Shown in pieces: positions 1-7,854 of a DNA stretch of 36,733 bases; the first letter of the stretch is position 1, and the number at the start of each line of letters is the position of its first letter. Under the pieces are notes generated by a model, which was given only the letters and a program-made list of their open reading frames with translations, did no database searches and was not told the origin of the DNA. The position numbers were made by a program, and so were the translations under genes. The DNA comes from an uncultured Bacilli bacterium (GTDB taxonomy: Bacteria; Bacillota_I; Bacilli_A; RF39; UBA660): contig CALVZI010000074.1 in NCBI GenBank assembly GCA_944372485.1, forward strand, positions 1 to 36,733, in the 5' to 3' direction.

Positions 1-3000
1 CTCCAAAACGTTGTCCACCCATTTGTGCTTTACCACCTAATGGTTGTTGTGTAACTAATGAATATGGTCCCGTTGCACGTGCATGAATCTTATCATCTAC
101 CATGTGATTTAATTTAATCATGTACATAACACCAACACTGATACGATTATCAAATGGTTCACCAGTTCTACCATCATATAAAACTGTTTTTCCATCTTCA
201 TCTAATCCAGCTTCTTTTAAAGCATCAATAATTTCACCTTTTTTAGCTCCATCAAATACTGGTGTAGCCATATAAATATTTAAAGCTTTAGCAGCTGCAC
301 CTAAGTGCATTTCTAAAATTTGTCCAATATTCATACGAGATGGTACTCCAAGTGGGTTAAGTAAGATATCAATTGGTGTTCCATCAGCTAAATATGGCAT
401 ATCTTCTTTTGGTAAGATAAGTGAAATAACACCTTTATTACCATGACGACCAGCCATTTTATCACCAACACTAATTTTACGTTTTTGTGCGATATAAACA
501 CGAACCATTTTACTTACACCAGCAGGTAGTTGATCACTATCTTCTTTTGTAAATATCTTAATATCGTGAACAATACCACCACCACCATGTGGTACACGAA
601 GTGATGTATCACGAACTTCACGTGTTTTTTCACCAAAAATAGCGTGTAATAATTTTTCTTCACTAGTAAGTTCAGCAACACCTTTTGGAGTTACTTTACC
701 AACTAAAATATCATCATCTTTAACTTCTGTTCCGATACGAACAATACCAAATTCATCTAAGTTTTTACGAGCTTCTTCACTAACATTAGGAATATCACGT
801 GTAAACTCTTCTGGCCCTAACTTCGTATCACGACATTCAATTTTATAGTCTTCAATATGAATTGATGTATATACATCATCACTAACTAAACGTTCATTTA
901 AAATTACCGCATCTTCATAGTTATAACCATTATAGTTCATGAAGGCAACAGTAACATTTTTACCTAAAGCAATTTCACCTTTTTCAGTAGATGGTCCATC
1001 AGCAATAACCATACCTGCAGTTACTTTATCACCAGTACGAACAATTGGTCTTTGGTGATAACAAGTTCCATCATTACTCTTTTCATAACCATCTAAATAA
1101 TAAGTGTCACTTCCACCTTTAGTCTTAACAATAATCTTATTAGCATCAACATAATCAACAATACCATCAGCTTTAGCCATTACAACAGCTCCAGAATCTT
1201 TAGCTGCAATTGCTTCAATTCCAGTACCAACTAGTGGTGCTTCTGTTGTTAATAATGGAATAGCTTGACGTTGCATGTTAGAACCCATTAACGCACGTTT
1301 ACTGTCATCGTGTTCAAGGAATGGAATTCCACTAGTTGTAATTGAAACAACTTGTTGTGGTGAAACATCAATGAAATCAATTTTTTCTTTAGGTGCCATA
1401 ATATTTTCACCTTGATAACGAACTGGTACATTATCAGCAACAATTTTACCATCTTCTACTTTAACAGTAGCTTGCGAAATATAGTAATCTAATTCTTCAT
1501 CTGCCTTCATATAAACAATTTCATCAGTTAAAACACAATCTTTAACACGACGATACGGAGTCATGATAAATCCATATTCATCAACTTTAGCATAACTAGC
1601 AAGTGATGTAATAAGACCGATGTTTGGTCCTTCTGGTGACTCGATAGGACAAAGTCTACCATAATGACTTGGGTTAACGTCACGAACTTCCATACCAGCA
1701 CGATCTCTTGATAAACCACCAGGTCCTAAACTAGATAAACTACGTTTATTAGTAAGTTCAGCCATTGGGTTAATTTGATCCATGAATTGTGATAATTGGC
1801 TACTTCCAAAGAATTCAGTAATAGCAGCTGTAAGTGGACGAATATTGATTAATGATTTAGGTGTAACTTCATCACCTTCTTGTGTACTCATACGATCATG
1901 AATAACACGTTCAATACGATTCATTCCCACTCTAAATTGATTTTGTAATAATTCTCCTACTTGACGAACACGACGATTTGATAAATGGTCAATTTCATCA
2001 AAATGTCCAATACCTTCAAGTAAGTTTAAATAGTATGATACTGACGCATAAACATCTGAAATAGTTAAACGTTTATTATCAATAGTTGCATCATTACCAA
2101 TTAAATTAACAACACGTTCTGGATTTTTCTTAGAATATACTTTAATAATTTGAACAACATTATAAGTATCTAATTCTTCATTTATTAAAACTTCTCTTAA
2201 ACCAAAGTTATCAATTGCTTCTTTATTATTATCAACTAATTCTTTAGTAACAATTGTATCTCTTGGAATAACTACTTCGCCATTATAAGTAATATCTTCA
2301 GCTAATTTAGTACCAACTAAACGTTCTCTAACATTTAATTTTTTATTAAATTTATAACGTCCTACTTTAGCTAAATCATAACGGAAAGAATCAAAGAATC
2401 TTGAAATTAATTGGTTCTTAGCACTATCTAATGTAGAAGGTTCTCCTGGACGTAATTTAGAATGAATATCAATTAAAGCTTCATCTGTATTTTTATTTAC
2501 ATCTTTAGCAATAGTTCTTTCAAGATATTCATCTTTACCAAATAAGTCTAAGATATCATCATCACTAGATAAACCTAAAGCACGAAGTAAAGTTGTAATA
2601 GGAACTTTTCTTGTACGGTCAATACGTACATGGATAACATCTCTTGCATCAACTTCATACTCTAACCATGTACCATGATTAGGAATTAATTGAGCTGTTA
2701 CAACTATACGTTCATTCTTATCAGCTTCTTTACCATAATAAGCAGAAGGTGAACGAACTAATTGTGATACAATAACACGTTCAGACCCATTAATAATAAA
2801 TGTTCCACTTTCTGTCATTATTGGCATATCGCCTAAATAAATTTCTTGTTCTTTAACTTCTCCAGTTTCTTGATTAAACAAACGTGCTTCTACTTTCATT
2901 GGTTGTGCATAAGTTGCAAAACGTTCTTTACATTGTTTAATTGTATATCTTGGTTCCTCAAAGAAGTATTCTCCAAATTCTAAACGAAAATTACCATTGA

Positions 3001-3172
3001 AACTTTCAATAGGTGAAACTTCATCTAATACCTCTCTAAGTCCATTAGTCATACATTCTTGGTATGACTTAGTTTGAATTTCTAGCAAATTCCCTAATTG
3101 AATTGCATTTTCTGTTTTCGCATAACTGCGTCTTTCTCGGTGATCCCCAGATTTTATAGTTTTAAAAGCCAC
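1..3172 (-). CDS. rpoB: DNA-directed RNA polymerase subunit beta, first ~1057 codons (3' end lies beyond position 1)
   Basis: Absent from the ORF track (GTG start, no stop in window). Own translation downward from 3172 gives [38 protein letters not shown]...[19 protein letters not shown], a canonical RpoB N-terminus. GGGGTGA Shine-Dalgarno lies 5 nt upstream of the GTG. Position after rplL/ybxB matches Bacillota. An in-frame GTG 9 nt upstream is an alternative start. Confidence 0.93.
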   Translation of the reverse strand, partial: MAFKTIKSGDHRERRSYAKTENAIQLGNLLEIQTKSYQECMTNGLREVLDEVSPIESFNGNFRLEFGEYFFEEPRYTIKQCKERFATYAQPMKVEARLFNQETGEVKEQEIYLGDMPIMTESGTFIINGSERVIVSQLVRSPSAYYGKEADKNERIVVTAQLIPNHGTWLEYEVDARDVIHVRIDRTRKVPITTLLRALGLSSDDDILDLFGKDEYLERTIAKDVNKNTDEALIDIHSKLRPGEPSTLDSAKNQLISRFFDSFRYDLAKVGRYKFNKKLNVRERLVGTKLAEDITYNGEVVIPRDTIVTKELVDNNKEAIDNFGLREVLINEELDTYNVVQIIKVYSKKNPERVVNLIGNDATIDNKRLTISDVYASVSYYLNLLEGIGHFDEIDHLSNRRVRQVGELLQNQFRVGMNRIERVIHDRMSTQEGDEVTPKSLINIRPLTAAITEFFGSSQLSQFMDQINPMAELTNKRSLSSLGPGGLSRDRAGMEVRDVNPSHYGRLCPIESPEGPNIGLITSLASYAKVDEYGFIMTPYRRVKDCVLTDEIVYMKADEELDYYISQATVKVEDGKIVADNVPVRYQGENIMAPKEKIDFIDVSPQQVVSITTSGIPFLEHDDSKRALMGSNMQRQAIPLLTTEAPLVGTGIEAIAAKDSGAVVMAKADGIVDYVDANKIIVKTKGGSDTYYLDGYEKSNDGTCYHQRPIVRTGDKVTAGMVIADGPSTEKGEIALGKNVTVAFMNYNGYNYEDAVILNERLVSDDVYTSIHIEDYKIECRDTKLGPEEFTRDIPNVSEEARKNLDEFGIVRIGTEVKDDDILVGKVTPKGVAELTSEEKLLHAIFGEKTREVRDTSLRVPHGGGGIVHDIKIFTKEDSDQLPAGVSKMVRVYIAQKRKISVGDKMAGRHGNKGVISLILPKEDMPYLADGTPIDILLNPLGVPSRMNIGQILEMHLGAAAKALNIYMATPVFDGAKKGEIIDALKEAGLDEDGKTVLYDGRTGEPFDNRISVGVMYMIKLNHMVDDKIHARATGPYSLVTQQPLGGKAQMGGQRFG

Positions 3173-3244
3173 TCTCTTCACCCCTATACATGTATAAAAT
3201 ATTAATTGCACGTACTAAAAGAAAGTACATGCCGTCAATTTATA

Positions 3245-3273
3245 ATTTTAACAAAACTTTTTCAAATTGTCAA
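3245..3273 (-). promoter_or_regulatory. sigma-A-type promoter upstream of rpoB
   Basis: Minus strand: TTGACA (3273-3268), 17 nt, TAAAAT (3250-3245) preceded by TGT (extended -10). The -35 hexamer contains the TGA stop of the upstream methyltransferase gene. Confidence 0.55.
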
Positions 3274-3857
3274 CGAACTTTTGCCAGAATTATATAAAAA
3301 CCTTTATTTTTTTTAACTATTTCTACGTTATAGTCTTTTTCTAAATCTTTAGCAACACTTTTAGCTCCTTGATTCTTATTTATTACTAACCAAAGTTCAC
3401 CATTTTCTTTTAAATGTTCCTTCGCTCCAAATAATAAATCATATAAAATTTTCTTTCCTACCCTAATTGGTGGATTAGTTATTATATAATCATATTTTTT
3501 TAAAACATTACTATAACCATTACTCTCAAAAACGTTAACAGATACATTATTTTTAGAAGCATTCATTTTAGCCAAATGAAGACTTCTTAAATTAATATCA
3601 ATCATATCAACATTTGCATTAGTATTGTCTTTAACAGTAATACCAATCGGTCCATAACCACATCCTAAATCAAGAACATCACCACTTATTTTATTAATTG
3701 GAATTGTTTCAATTAAAGTACGTGTTCCAAAATCTAATCCTTGTTTAGAAAAAACTCCATGATCAGTAATAAACGTATAACTTTTATTTAAAATATTTAT
3801 TTTGTGCTCTTGCCACTCACTTTTTAAATTCTTATCATTTTCAAAATAATGACTCAT
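3270..3857 (-). CDS. ybxB: class I SAM-dependent methyltransferase, RsmC/YbxB-like (probable rRNA m2G methyltransferase)
   Basis: 195 aa. SAM motif I is VLDLGCGYGPIG and the N-methyltransferase motif is IITNPPIRVG (NPPxH-like). It sits between rplL and rpoB, as ybxB does in Bacillus. Confidence 0.8.
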   Translation of the reverse strand: MSHYFENDKNLKSEWQEHKINILNKSYTFITDHGVFSKQGLDFGTRTLIETIPINKISGDVLDLGCGYGPIGITVKDNTNANVDMIDINLRSLHLAKMNASKNNVSVNVFESNGYSNVLKKYDYIITNPPIRVGKKILYDLLFGAKEHLKENGELWLVINKNQGAKSVAKDLEKDYNVEIVKKNKGFYIILAKVR

Positions 3858-3885
3858 AAATCACATCCTAAATTGTATCTTTATT

Positions 3886-3921
3886 AAACGACGAAAACCT
3901 ATACCGTTTAGTATAGGTTTC
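3886..3921 (-). terminator. rho-independent terminator/attenuator after rplL
   Basis: 10-bp stem 3895-3904 / 3911-3920 (AAACCTATAC / GTATAGGTTT) with a 6-nt loop. On the minus strand the stem runs into TTTTCGTCGTTT. Confidence 0.6.
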
Positions 3922-3935
3922 TTTCATTGATTCAA

Positions 3936-4301
3936 TTATTTTAATTCAATAGTAGCTCCAGCTTCTTCGAATTTAGCTTTTAATTCATTAGCTTCATCCA
4001 TAGAAACATTTTCTTTAACGTTACCACCGTTATCAGCGATTTCTTTAGCTTCTTTTAATCCTAAACCAGTTACTTCACGAACTAATTTGATAACAGCTAA
4101 TTTAGAAGCACCAGCACTTGTTAAAACAACAGTTGCAGTTGATGGTCCTTCTTCAGTTGCAGCAGCAGCTGGAGCAGCTACAGCAACAGCACTTGGATCT
4201 ACACCAAATTCTTCTTTCATTAAATCTACTACTTCTTTAATTTCTAAAAGTGACATTTCTTTTAGTGAATCAATAATTTCTTTAGCACTTAATTTTGCCA
4301 T
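3936..4301 (-). CDS. rplL: 50S ribosomal protein L7/L12
   Basis: 121 aa: MAKLSAKEIIDSLKEMSLLEIKE..., Ala-rich hinge AVAVAAPAAAATEE, C-terminal KLVREVTGLGLKEAKE...EEAGATIELK. Confidence 0.97.
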   Translation of the reverse strand: MAKLSAKEIIDSLKEMSLLEIKEVVDLMKEEFGVDPSAVAVAAPAAAATEEGPSTATVVLTSAGASKLAVIKLVREVTGLGLKEAKEIADNGGNVKENVSMDEANELKAKFEEAGATIELK

Positions 4302-4326
4302 AATAATATCCTCCTTTAATATTTAA

Positions 4327-4824
4327 TTAATTATTTTCTTCTAAATTTTTACTATGTAAATCTAAACAAATTGCAAAATCTCTTGGAATAGCCATTAAAC
4401 CAGAAGCAAACATAGTAAGTAATCCTTCTCTTGATGGAATAGCTGCAAGTTTCTTTAATGTATCTAAATCTGTAACTTCACCATCAACGATACCAACTTT
4501 AAGTTGTAATGCTTCGTGTGTTTTAGCAAATTCGTTTAGCACTTTAATTGGAGCAATCATATCTGTTCCAAATGCAACAGCTTTAGGTCCGTTAAGTTCA
4601 TCACCTAAATCAATATTTAATGAATCTAAAGCTCTTTTTGTTAATGTGTTTTTATAAATTTTTAACTCAGAATCATTTTCTCTTAATTTTCTACGAAGTT
4701 CTGTCATATCAGCAACAGTTAACCCTTGGTATTCAAATAAGATAAATGCATTTGATTCTTTTGCATTCTTAGCAATTTCATCAATTACTAATTGTTTCTT
4801 TTCTAGAATTTTTTGATTTGCCAT
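4327..4824 (-). CDS. rplJ: 50S ribosomal protein L10
   Basis: The track ORF (to 4896) starts inside the leader. The real start is MANQKILEKKQ at 4824, behind TAAGGAGGTG. 165 aa, adjacent to rplL. Confidence 0.93.
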   Translation of the reverse strand: MANQKILEKKQLVIDEIAKNAKESNAFILFEYQGLTVADMTELRRKLRENDSELKIYKNTLTKRALDSLNIDLGDELNGPKAVAFGTDMIAPIKVLNEFAKTHEALQLKVGIVDGEVTDLDTLKKLAAIPSREGLLTMFASGLMAIPRDFAICLDLHSKNLEENN

Positions 4825-4966
4825 GTTACACCTCCTTAAATTTATGAGAGTACCATATAAAAGGTTCCTACAACCGCAGGAACCTATTCTAAACATATTA
4901 TAGAATTTGTTGCCTCGGTAGGAAATATTAAGCCTAAGCTCCTACTGTCTACGGTACGTCTTTCAT
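4825..4966 (-). promoter_or_regulatory. ribosomal protein L10 leader (rplJL autoregulatory 5' UTR) with attenuator hairpin
   Basis: ~140-nt unusually G+C-rich untranslated region between the promoter and rplJ. Internal hairpin GTAGGA...TCCTAC. Terminator-like hairpin AGGTTCCT GCGGTTGT AGGAACCT (4862-4885) followed by TTTTATAT on the minus strand. The location matches the Bacillota L10 leader (Rfam RF00557); no covariance model was run. Confidence 0.65.
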
Positions 4967-4972
4967 GTATAC

Positions 4973-5001
4973 ATTATAACATATCAAAAACTAAATGTCA
5001 A
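4973..5001 (-). promoter_or_regulatory. sigma-A-type promoter for rplJL
   Basis: Minus strand: TTGACA (5001-4996), 17 nt, TATAAT (4978-4973) preceded by TGT. The -35 lies in the last codons of rplA (...TTT GAC ATT TAG). Confidence 0.7.
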
Positions 5002-5686
5002 AACTATTTACATCAATTTTAACACCAGGCCCCATTGTTGAAGCAATACTAATATTTTTAATATAAGTTCCTTTAACAACAGCTGGTTTTAATTTAGCCA
5101 TTAAAGTAACAAAAGATGTAATGTTTTCTTCTAAAGCTTTAGCATCAAAAGAAACTTTACCAACTAAAACATGAATGTTACCATATGCATCAGCACGGTA
5201 TTCAACACGTCCTTTTTTAACTTCTTCAACAGCTTTTTTTGTATCCATAGTTACTGTTCCAGTTTTTGGGTTTGGCATTAATCCTTTAGGTCCTAAAACC
5301 TTACCAATTTTACCTAAAGCAGGCATCATATCTGGAGTAGCAATAATTGTGTCATAGTCAAACCAATTTTCAGTTTGAATTTTTTCAATCATATCCATAT
5401 CTCCAACATAGTCAGCACCAGCTTCTTTAGCAGCTTTAGCAGCTTCACCTTTAGCAATAACTAATACTTTCTTTGTTTTACCTGTTCCATTTGGAAGAAC
5501 AGTTGCACCTCTTAATTGTTGATCTGCTTTTTTAGTATCAAGATTTAATCTCATAGCTAATTCAACAGAACCATCAAATGAAGAAGTAGATGTTTCTTTA
5601 ACTAATTTAACTGCTTCTTCTAAACTATATAATTTAGATTTTTCAATTTTTTTAGCAGCTTCTAAATACTTCTTTCCTCTTTTCAT
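4991..5686 (-). CDS. rplA: 50S ribosomal protein L1
   Basis: 231 aa: [31 protein letters not shown]...[26 protein letters not shown]. Confidence 0.97.
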   Translation of the reverse strand: MKRGKKYLEAAKKIEKSKLYSLEEAVKLVKETSTSSFDGSVELAMRLNLDTKKADQQLRGATVLPNGTGKTKKVLVIAKGEAAKAAKEAGADYVGDMDMIEKIQTENWFDYDTIIATPDMMPALGKIGKVLGPKGLMPNPKTGTVTMDTKKAVEEVKKGRVEYRADAYGNIHVLVGKVSFDAKALEENITSFVTLMAKLKPAVVKGTYIKNISIASTMGPGVKIDVNSFDI

Positions 5687-5693
5687 AAATCCT

Positions 5694-5730
5694 CCTTATG
5701 TGGTATCAGCGGTCATACCTCCCACATAGG
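5694..5730 (-). promoter_or_regulatory. putative L1-binding site (23S rRNA L1-stalk mimic) overlapping the rplA RBS
   Basis: Minus strand: CCUAUGUGGGAGGUAUGACCGCUGAUACCACAUAAGG. The 5' arm GUGGGAGG and the 3' arm GACC...AUACCAC match both strands of the E. coli 23S L1-stalk base (GGUGGGAGGC ... GACCUUGAAAUACCACCC, recalled from memory). The 3' arm runs into AAGGAGG. An alternative upstream hairpin CATATAGGT TTG ACCTATGTG competes for the same bases. Confidence 0.55.
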
Positions 5731-5763
5731 TCAAACCTATATGTTTACTTATTTATATTAAAA

Positions 5764-6189
5764 TTAATCTTCTACTTTAATTCCCATGTTACGAGCAGTA
5801 CCTTCAATAATCTTCATTGCACCTTCAACATCGTAAGCATTTAAATCTGGTAATTTTGTTTCTGCAATTTCTCTTAATTTATCTCTAGAAATAGTTGCTA
5901 CAGTTTCATTTGCACCTTTGCTTGAACCCTTCTTAATATTAGCAGCCTTCATAAGTAAGAATCCAGCTGGTGGAGTTTTAATTACAAAATCAAAAGTTCT
6001 ATCTTCATAAACTGTAATTACAACTGGTAAAATATCACCCATCTTATCTCTAGTAGCATCATTATATTTTGTACAGAATTCTTGTAGATTAATACCTGCA
6101 GGTCCTAAAACAGTACCAACTGGTGGTGCTGGTGTAGCTTTTCCAGCAGGAATTTGTAATTTAATTTGCTTTGTTATTTGCTTTGCCAC
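5764..6189 (-). CDS. rplK: 50S ribosomal protein L11
   Basis: The track ORF begins at a GTG inside the RBS. The likely start is GTG at 6189 ([25 protein letters not shown]), 8 nt after AGGAGG. This gives 141 aa, the typical L11 length. Confidence 0.95.
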   Translation of the reverse strand: MAKQITKQIKLQIPAGKATPAPPVGTVLGPAGINLQEFCTKYNDATRDKMGDILPVVITVYEDRTFDFVIKTPPAGFLLMKAANIKKGSSKGANETVATISRDKLREIAETKLPDLNAYDVEGAMKIIEGTARNMGIKVED

Positions 6190-6283
6190 GAAAAACACCT
6201 CCTATTAATTTTCGTGAGTGGTCATATCGAGTGTCCGCTATCCACTTTTTCTCTCCCACTTCCTATGTATAAAAACACATAGC
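6190..6283 (-). promoter_or_regulatory. structured rplK 5' leader, possible second L1-responsive element
   Basis: Minus strand 6260-6214: AGUGGGAGAGAAAAAGUGGAUAGCGGACACUCGAUAUGACCACUCAC. It shares GUGGGAG and UAUGACC with the rplA-proximal element. AGUGG/CCACU can close a long irregular hairpin. Confidence 0.35.
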
Positions 6284-6289
6284 GAGTAC

Positions 6290-6318
6290 ATAATAACACA
6301 TTTTATGCTTTTTGTAAA
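6290..6318 (-). promoter_or_regulatory. sigma-A-type promoter for rplKA
   Basis: Minus strand: TTTACA (6318-6313), 17 nt, TATTAT (6295-6290) preceded by TGT. Confidence 0.6.
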
Positions 6319-6322
6319 TACT

Positions 6323-6901
6323 TTATTTTATTTTTCTTAAAGCTTTTATTATTTCATCATCTAATTCTTTATTATCATCAATATATTGTTCTAACTCTTG
6401 TATCTGCTGTTCTAATACCTTTTTTTGATTTTTCAAATCAAACACTTTAGCTTGTTTCTCTTTTGCTTCATACAATTTTTTTATTTGAAAACATAACTTT
6501 CGATCACTTTGATTTATTTTTTTAGTAGTATCTGGTTTCTTTAAAACATCCCAGACAGTTTTATTTTTAAAATTTTTTATATCTGGATTAAAACCATTTA
6601 AATACCCAAAATATAGAAATGGAGCAATTCTTCCAGTATAATCATCACTTTCTATAACTGTATGCATATATGTATCACCATACATATTAGTTCTTTTATT
6701 AATATTCATTCCATGTTTTATAGCATAATTTAAAAGTATTAATAAATCTTCTTCACTAAAACCAGCATATACAGCTTCTTCAAAAATAGAACAATCATCT
6801 TCTGTTTCTAAATTCCAATCAATATTATAAATATTTTTAAATCCTAATTTAGTCATTAATTTTTTTACCTTATTTTTATCATTATTTATTATATTCAACA
6901 T
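6323..6901 (-). CDS. hypothetical protein, ankyrin-repeat-like N-terminal half plus C-terminal coiled coil
   Basis: Likely start is MLNIINN (6901), 7 nt after GAAGGA; the track start at 6916 has no RBS. ANK-like repeats: ...LLILLNYAIKHGMNINKRTNMYGDTYMHTVIE... and ...YLNGFNPDIKNFKNKTVWDVLKK (compare G-TPLH...GADxN). The C-terminus (KEKQAKVFDLKNQKKVLEQQIQELEQYIDDNKELDDEII) is heptad-like. Confidence 0.45.
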   Translation of the reverse strand: MLNIINNDKNKVKKLMTKLGFKNIYNIDWNLETEDDCSIFEEAVYAGFSEEDLLILLNYAIKHGMNINKRTNMYGDTYMHTVIESDDYTGRIAPFLYFGYLNGFNPDIKNFKNKTVWDVLKKPDTTKKINQSDRKLCFQIKKLYEAKEKQAKVFDLKNQKKVLEQQIQELEQYIDDNKELDDEIIKALRKIK

Positions 6902-6931
6902 AGTACCATCCTTCATTATAATTTATTTTTT

Positions 6932-7802
6932 TTATTCACAATCATCATATTCAAATTCTTCCACATAATCATTAATTGGTTTATTTATATGCAAAAATTT
7001 AACTTTTTTATCTTTTAAGTACATACAATAATGTTCATAACCTTCATTCTCTTTAGAAACTTTATAAAGAAGAATATTATCATTTATTATTCTATTATAT
7101 AAAGTTAATCTTTTAAATTCAAAATTTTTAGGATGAACTTCTAATATGTTTTTTAAAGAAAATAAAATCAAATCACTTGCTTCTTTTAATCCTAAATTAT
7201 TAAAATTAGAATAATCTTTAATAAAATTAAATATTTCATTTAATTTTTCTTCGCCTAATTCTTGCTCATTTAATATTTCTTTTTTTATAATTTTAAATAT
7301 TCTAAATACAATTTTTGATTTGTATACCCAATTTTTAATAACGTATGTTCTTCTAAATAATCTTTTTTCTCATTATCCTTTATTCTAACAGCATCAAATT
7401 TTAACCCTTTTTTGACATTAAAGAAATCGTTTGTATAGCTAACTGGATCAATCTCTATATGAGTTCCATCTTTTAAAGAAGTTATAGAATAAGCATGTCC
7501 AATTTTACCTTAAAATAAAGTAAGATCATAATTTGGATCATTAGATAATAGTATATCAGCAACCATAGCATATGCCCTACTAAAACTTGTACATACTACC
7601 CTTACATCTCTAACATCAAAAACATTTATTTCTTTATTAAATATTTTTTCCGTAAATTGCTAATCATAAAAACCCCATAGCCATCTATGATCATATTGTA
7701 ATTCTTCACACATTCTTTTAACAATATAATATATTTTATCAATAATTGATGCATTTTTTATTTTGAATCAATTTCTTCTTCTAACATACTTAATAAATCC
7801 AT
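6932..7802 (-). pseudogene. decayed transglutaminase-like (Cys-His-Asp) cysteine peptidase-fold gene
   Basis: ATG at 7802 lies behind GAGGTGA and a TGT-TATAAT -10 (7833-7825). The frame is broken near the A-run at 7754-7763, by an in-frame TAG (7660-7662), by an in-frame TAA (7510-7512), and by a second frameshift at an A7 run (7280-7286). The 79-aa track ORF (6932-7171) is its C-terminal remnant. The conceptual product contains VRVVCTSFSRAYAM...(34 aa)...GHAYSITSLKDGTHIEIDP, giving transglutaminase-core spacing. Confidence 0.6.
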
Positions 7803-7854
7803 AGAGTCACCTCAATTGCGCTATATTATAACACATCCAATTATATAATCAAAA

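Noticed and set aside
3270-3272. Mollicutes code 4 (TGA = Trp)
   Set aside because: TGA ends the methyltransferase (3270-3272) and gpmI (36301-36303) at the expected protein C-termini. Trp residues in conserved proteins are TGG, and long ORFs are intact under the standard code.
4825-4896. N-terminal 24 residues (MFRIGSCGCRNLLYGTLINLRRCN) of the rplJ track ORF
   Set aside because: This stretch is the L10 leader read in frame. The real start, MANQKIL, follows a perfect TAAGGAGGTG. The same correction applies to other track starts that fall inside an RBS or promoter: rplK 6198, the 255-aa ORF 15264, yihY-like 16240, GGDEF 18346, the 153-aa ORF 18814 and ASST 35873.
6932-7171. 79-aa ORF as an independent small gene
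   Set aside because: It starts at a TTG with no RBS. Its reading frame continues upstream (KEILNEQELGEEKLNEIF...) into the disrupted gene that begins at 7802. It is the C-terminal remnant of the pseudogene.
7510-7662. In-frame TAG and TAA as stop-codon recoding or an alternative genetic code
   Set aside because: TAA and TAG terminate many intact genes in this window. The same gene also carries two frameshifts at A-runs. Decay is the simpler explanation.
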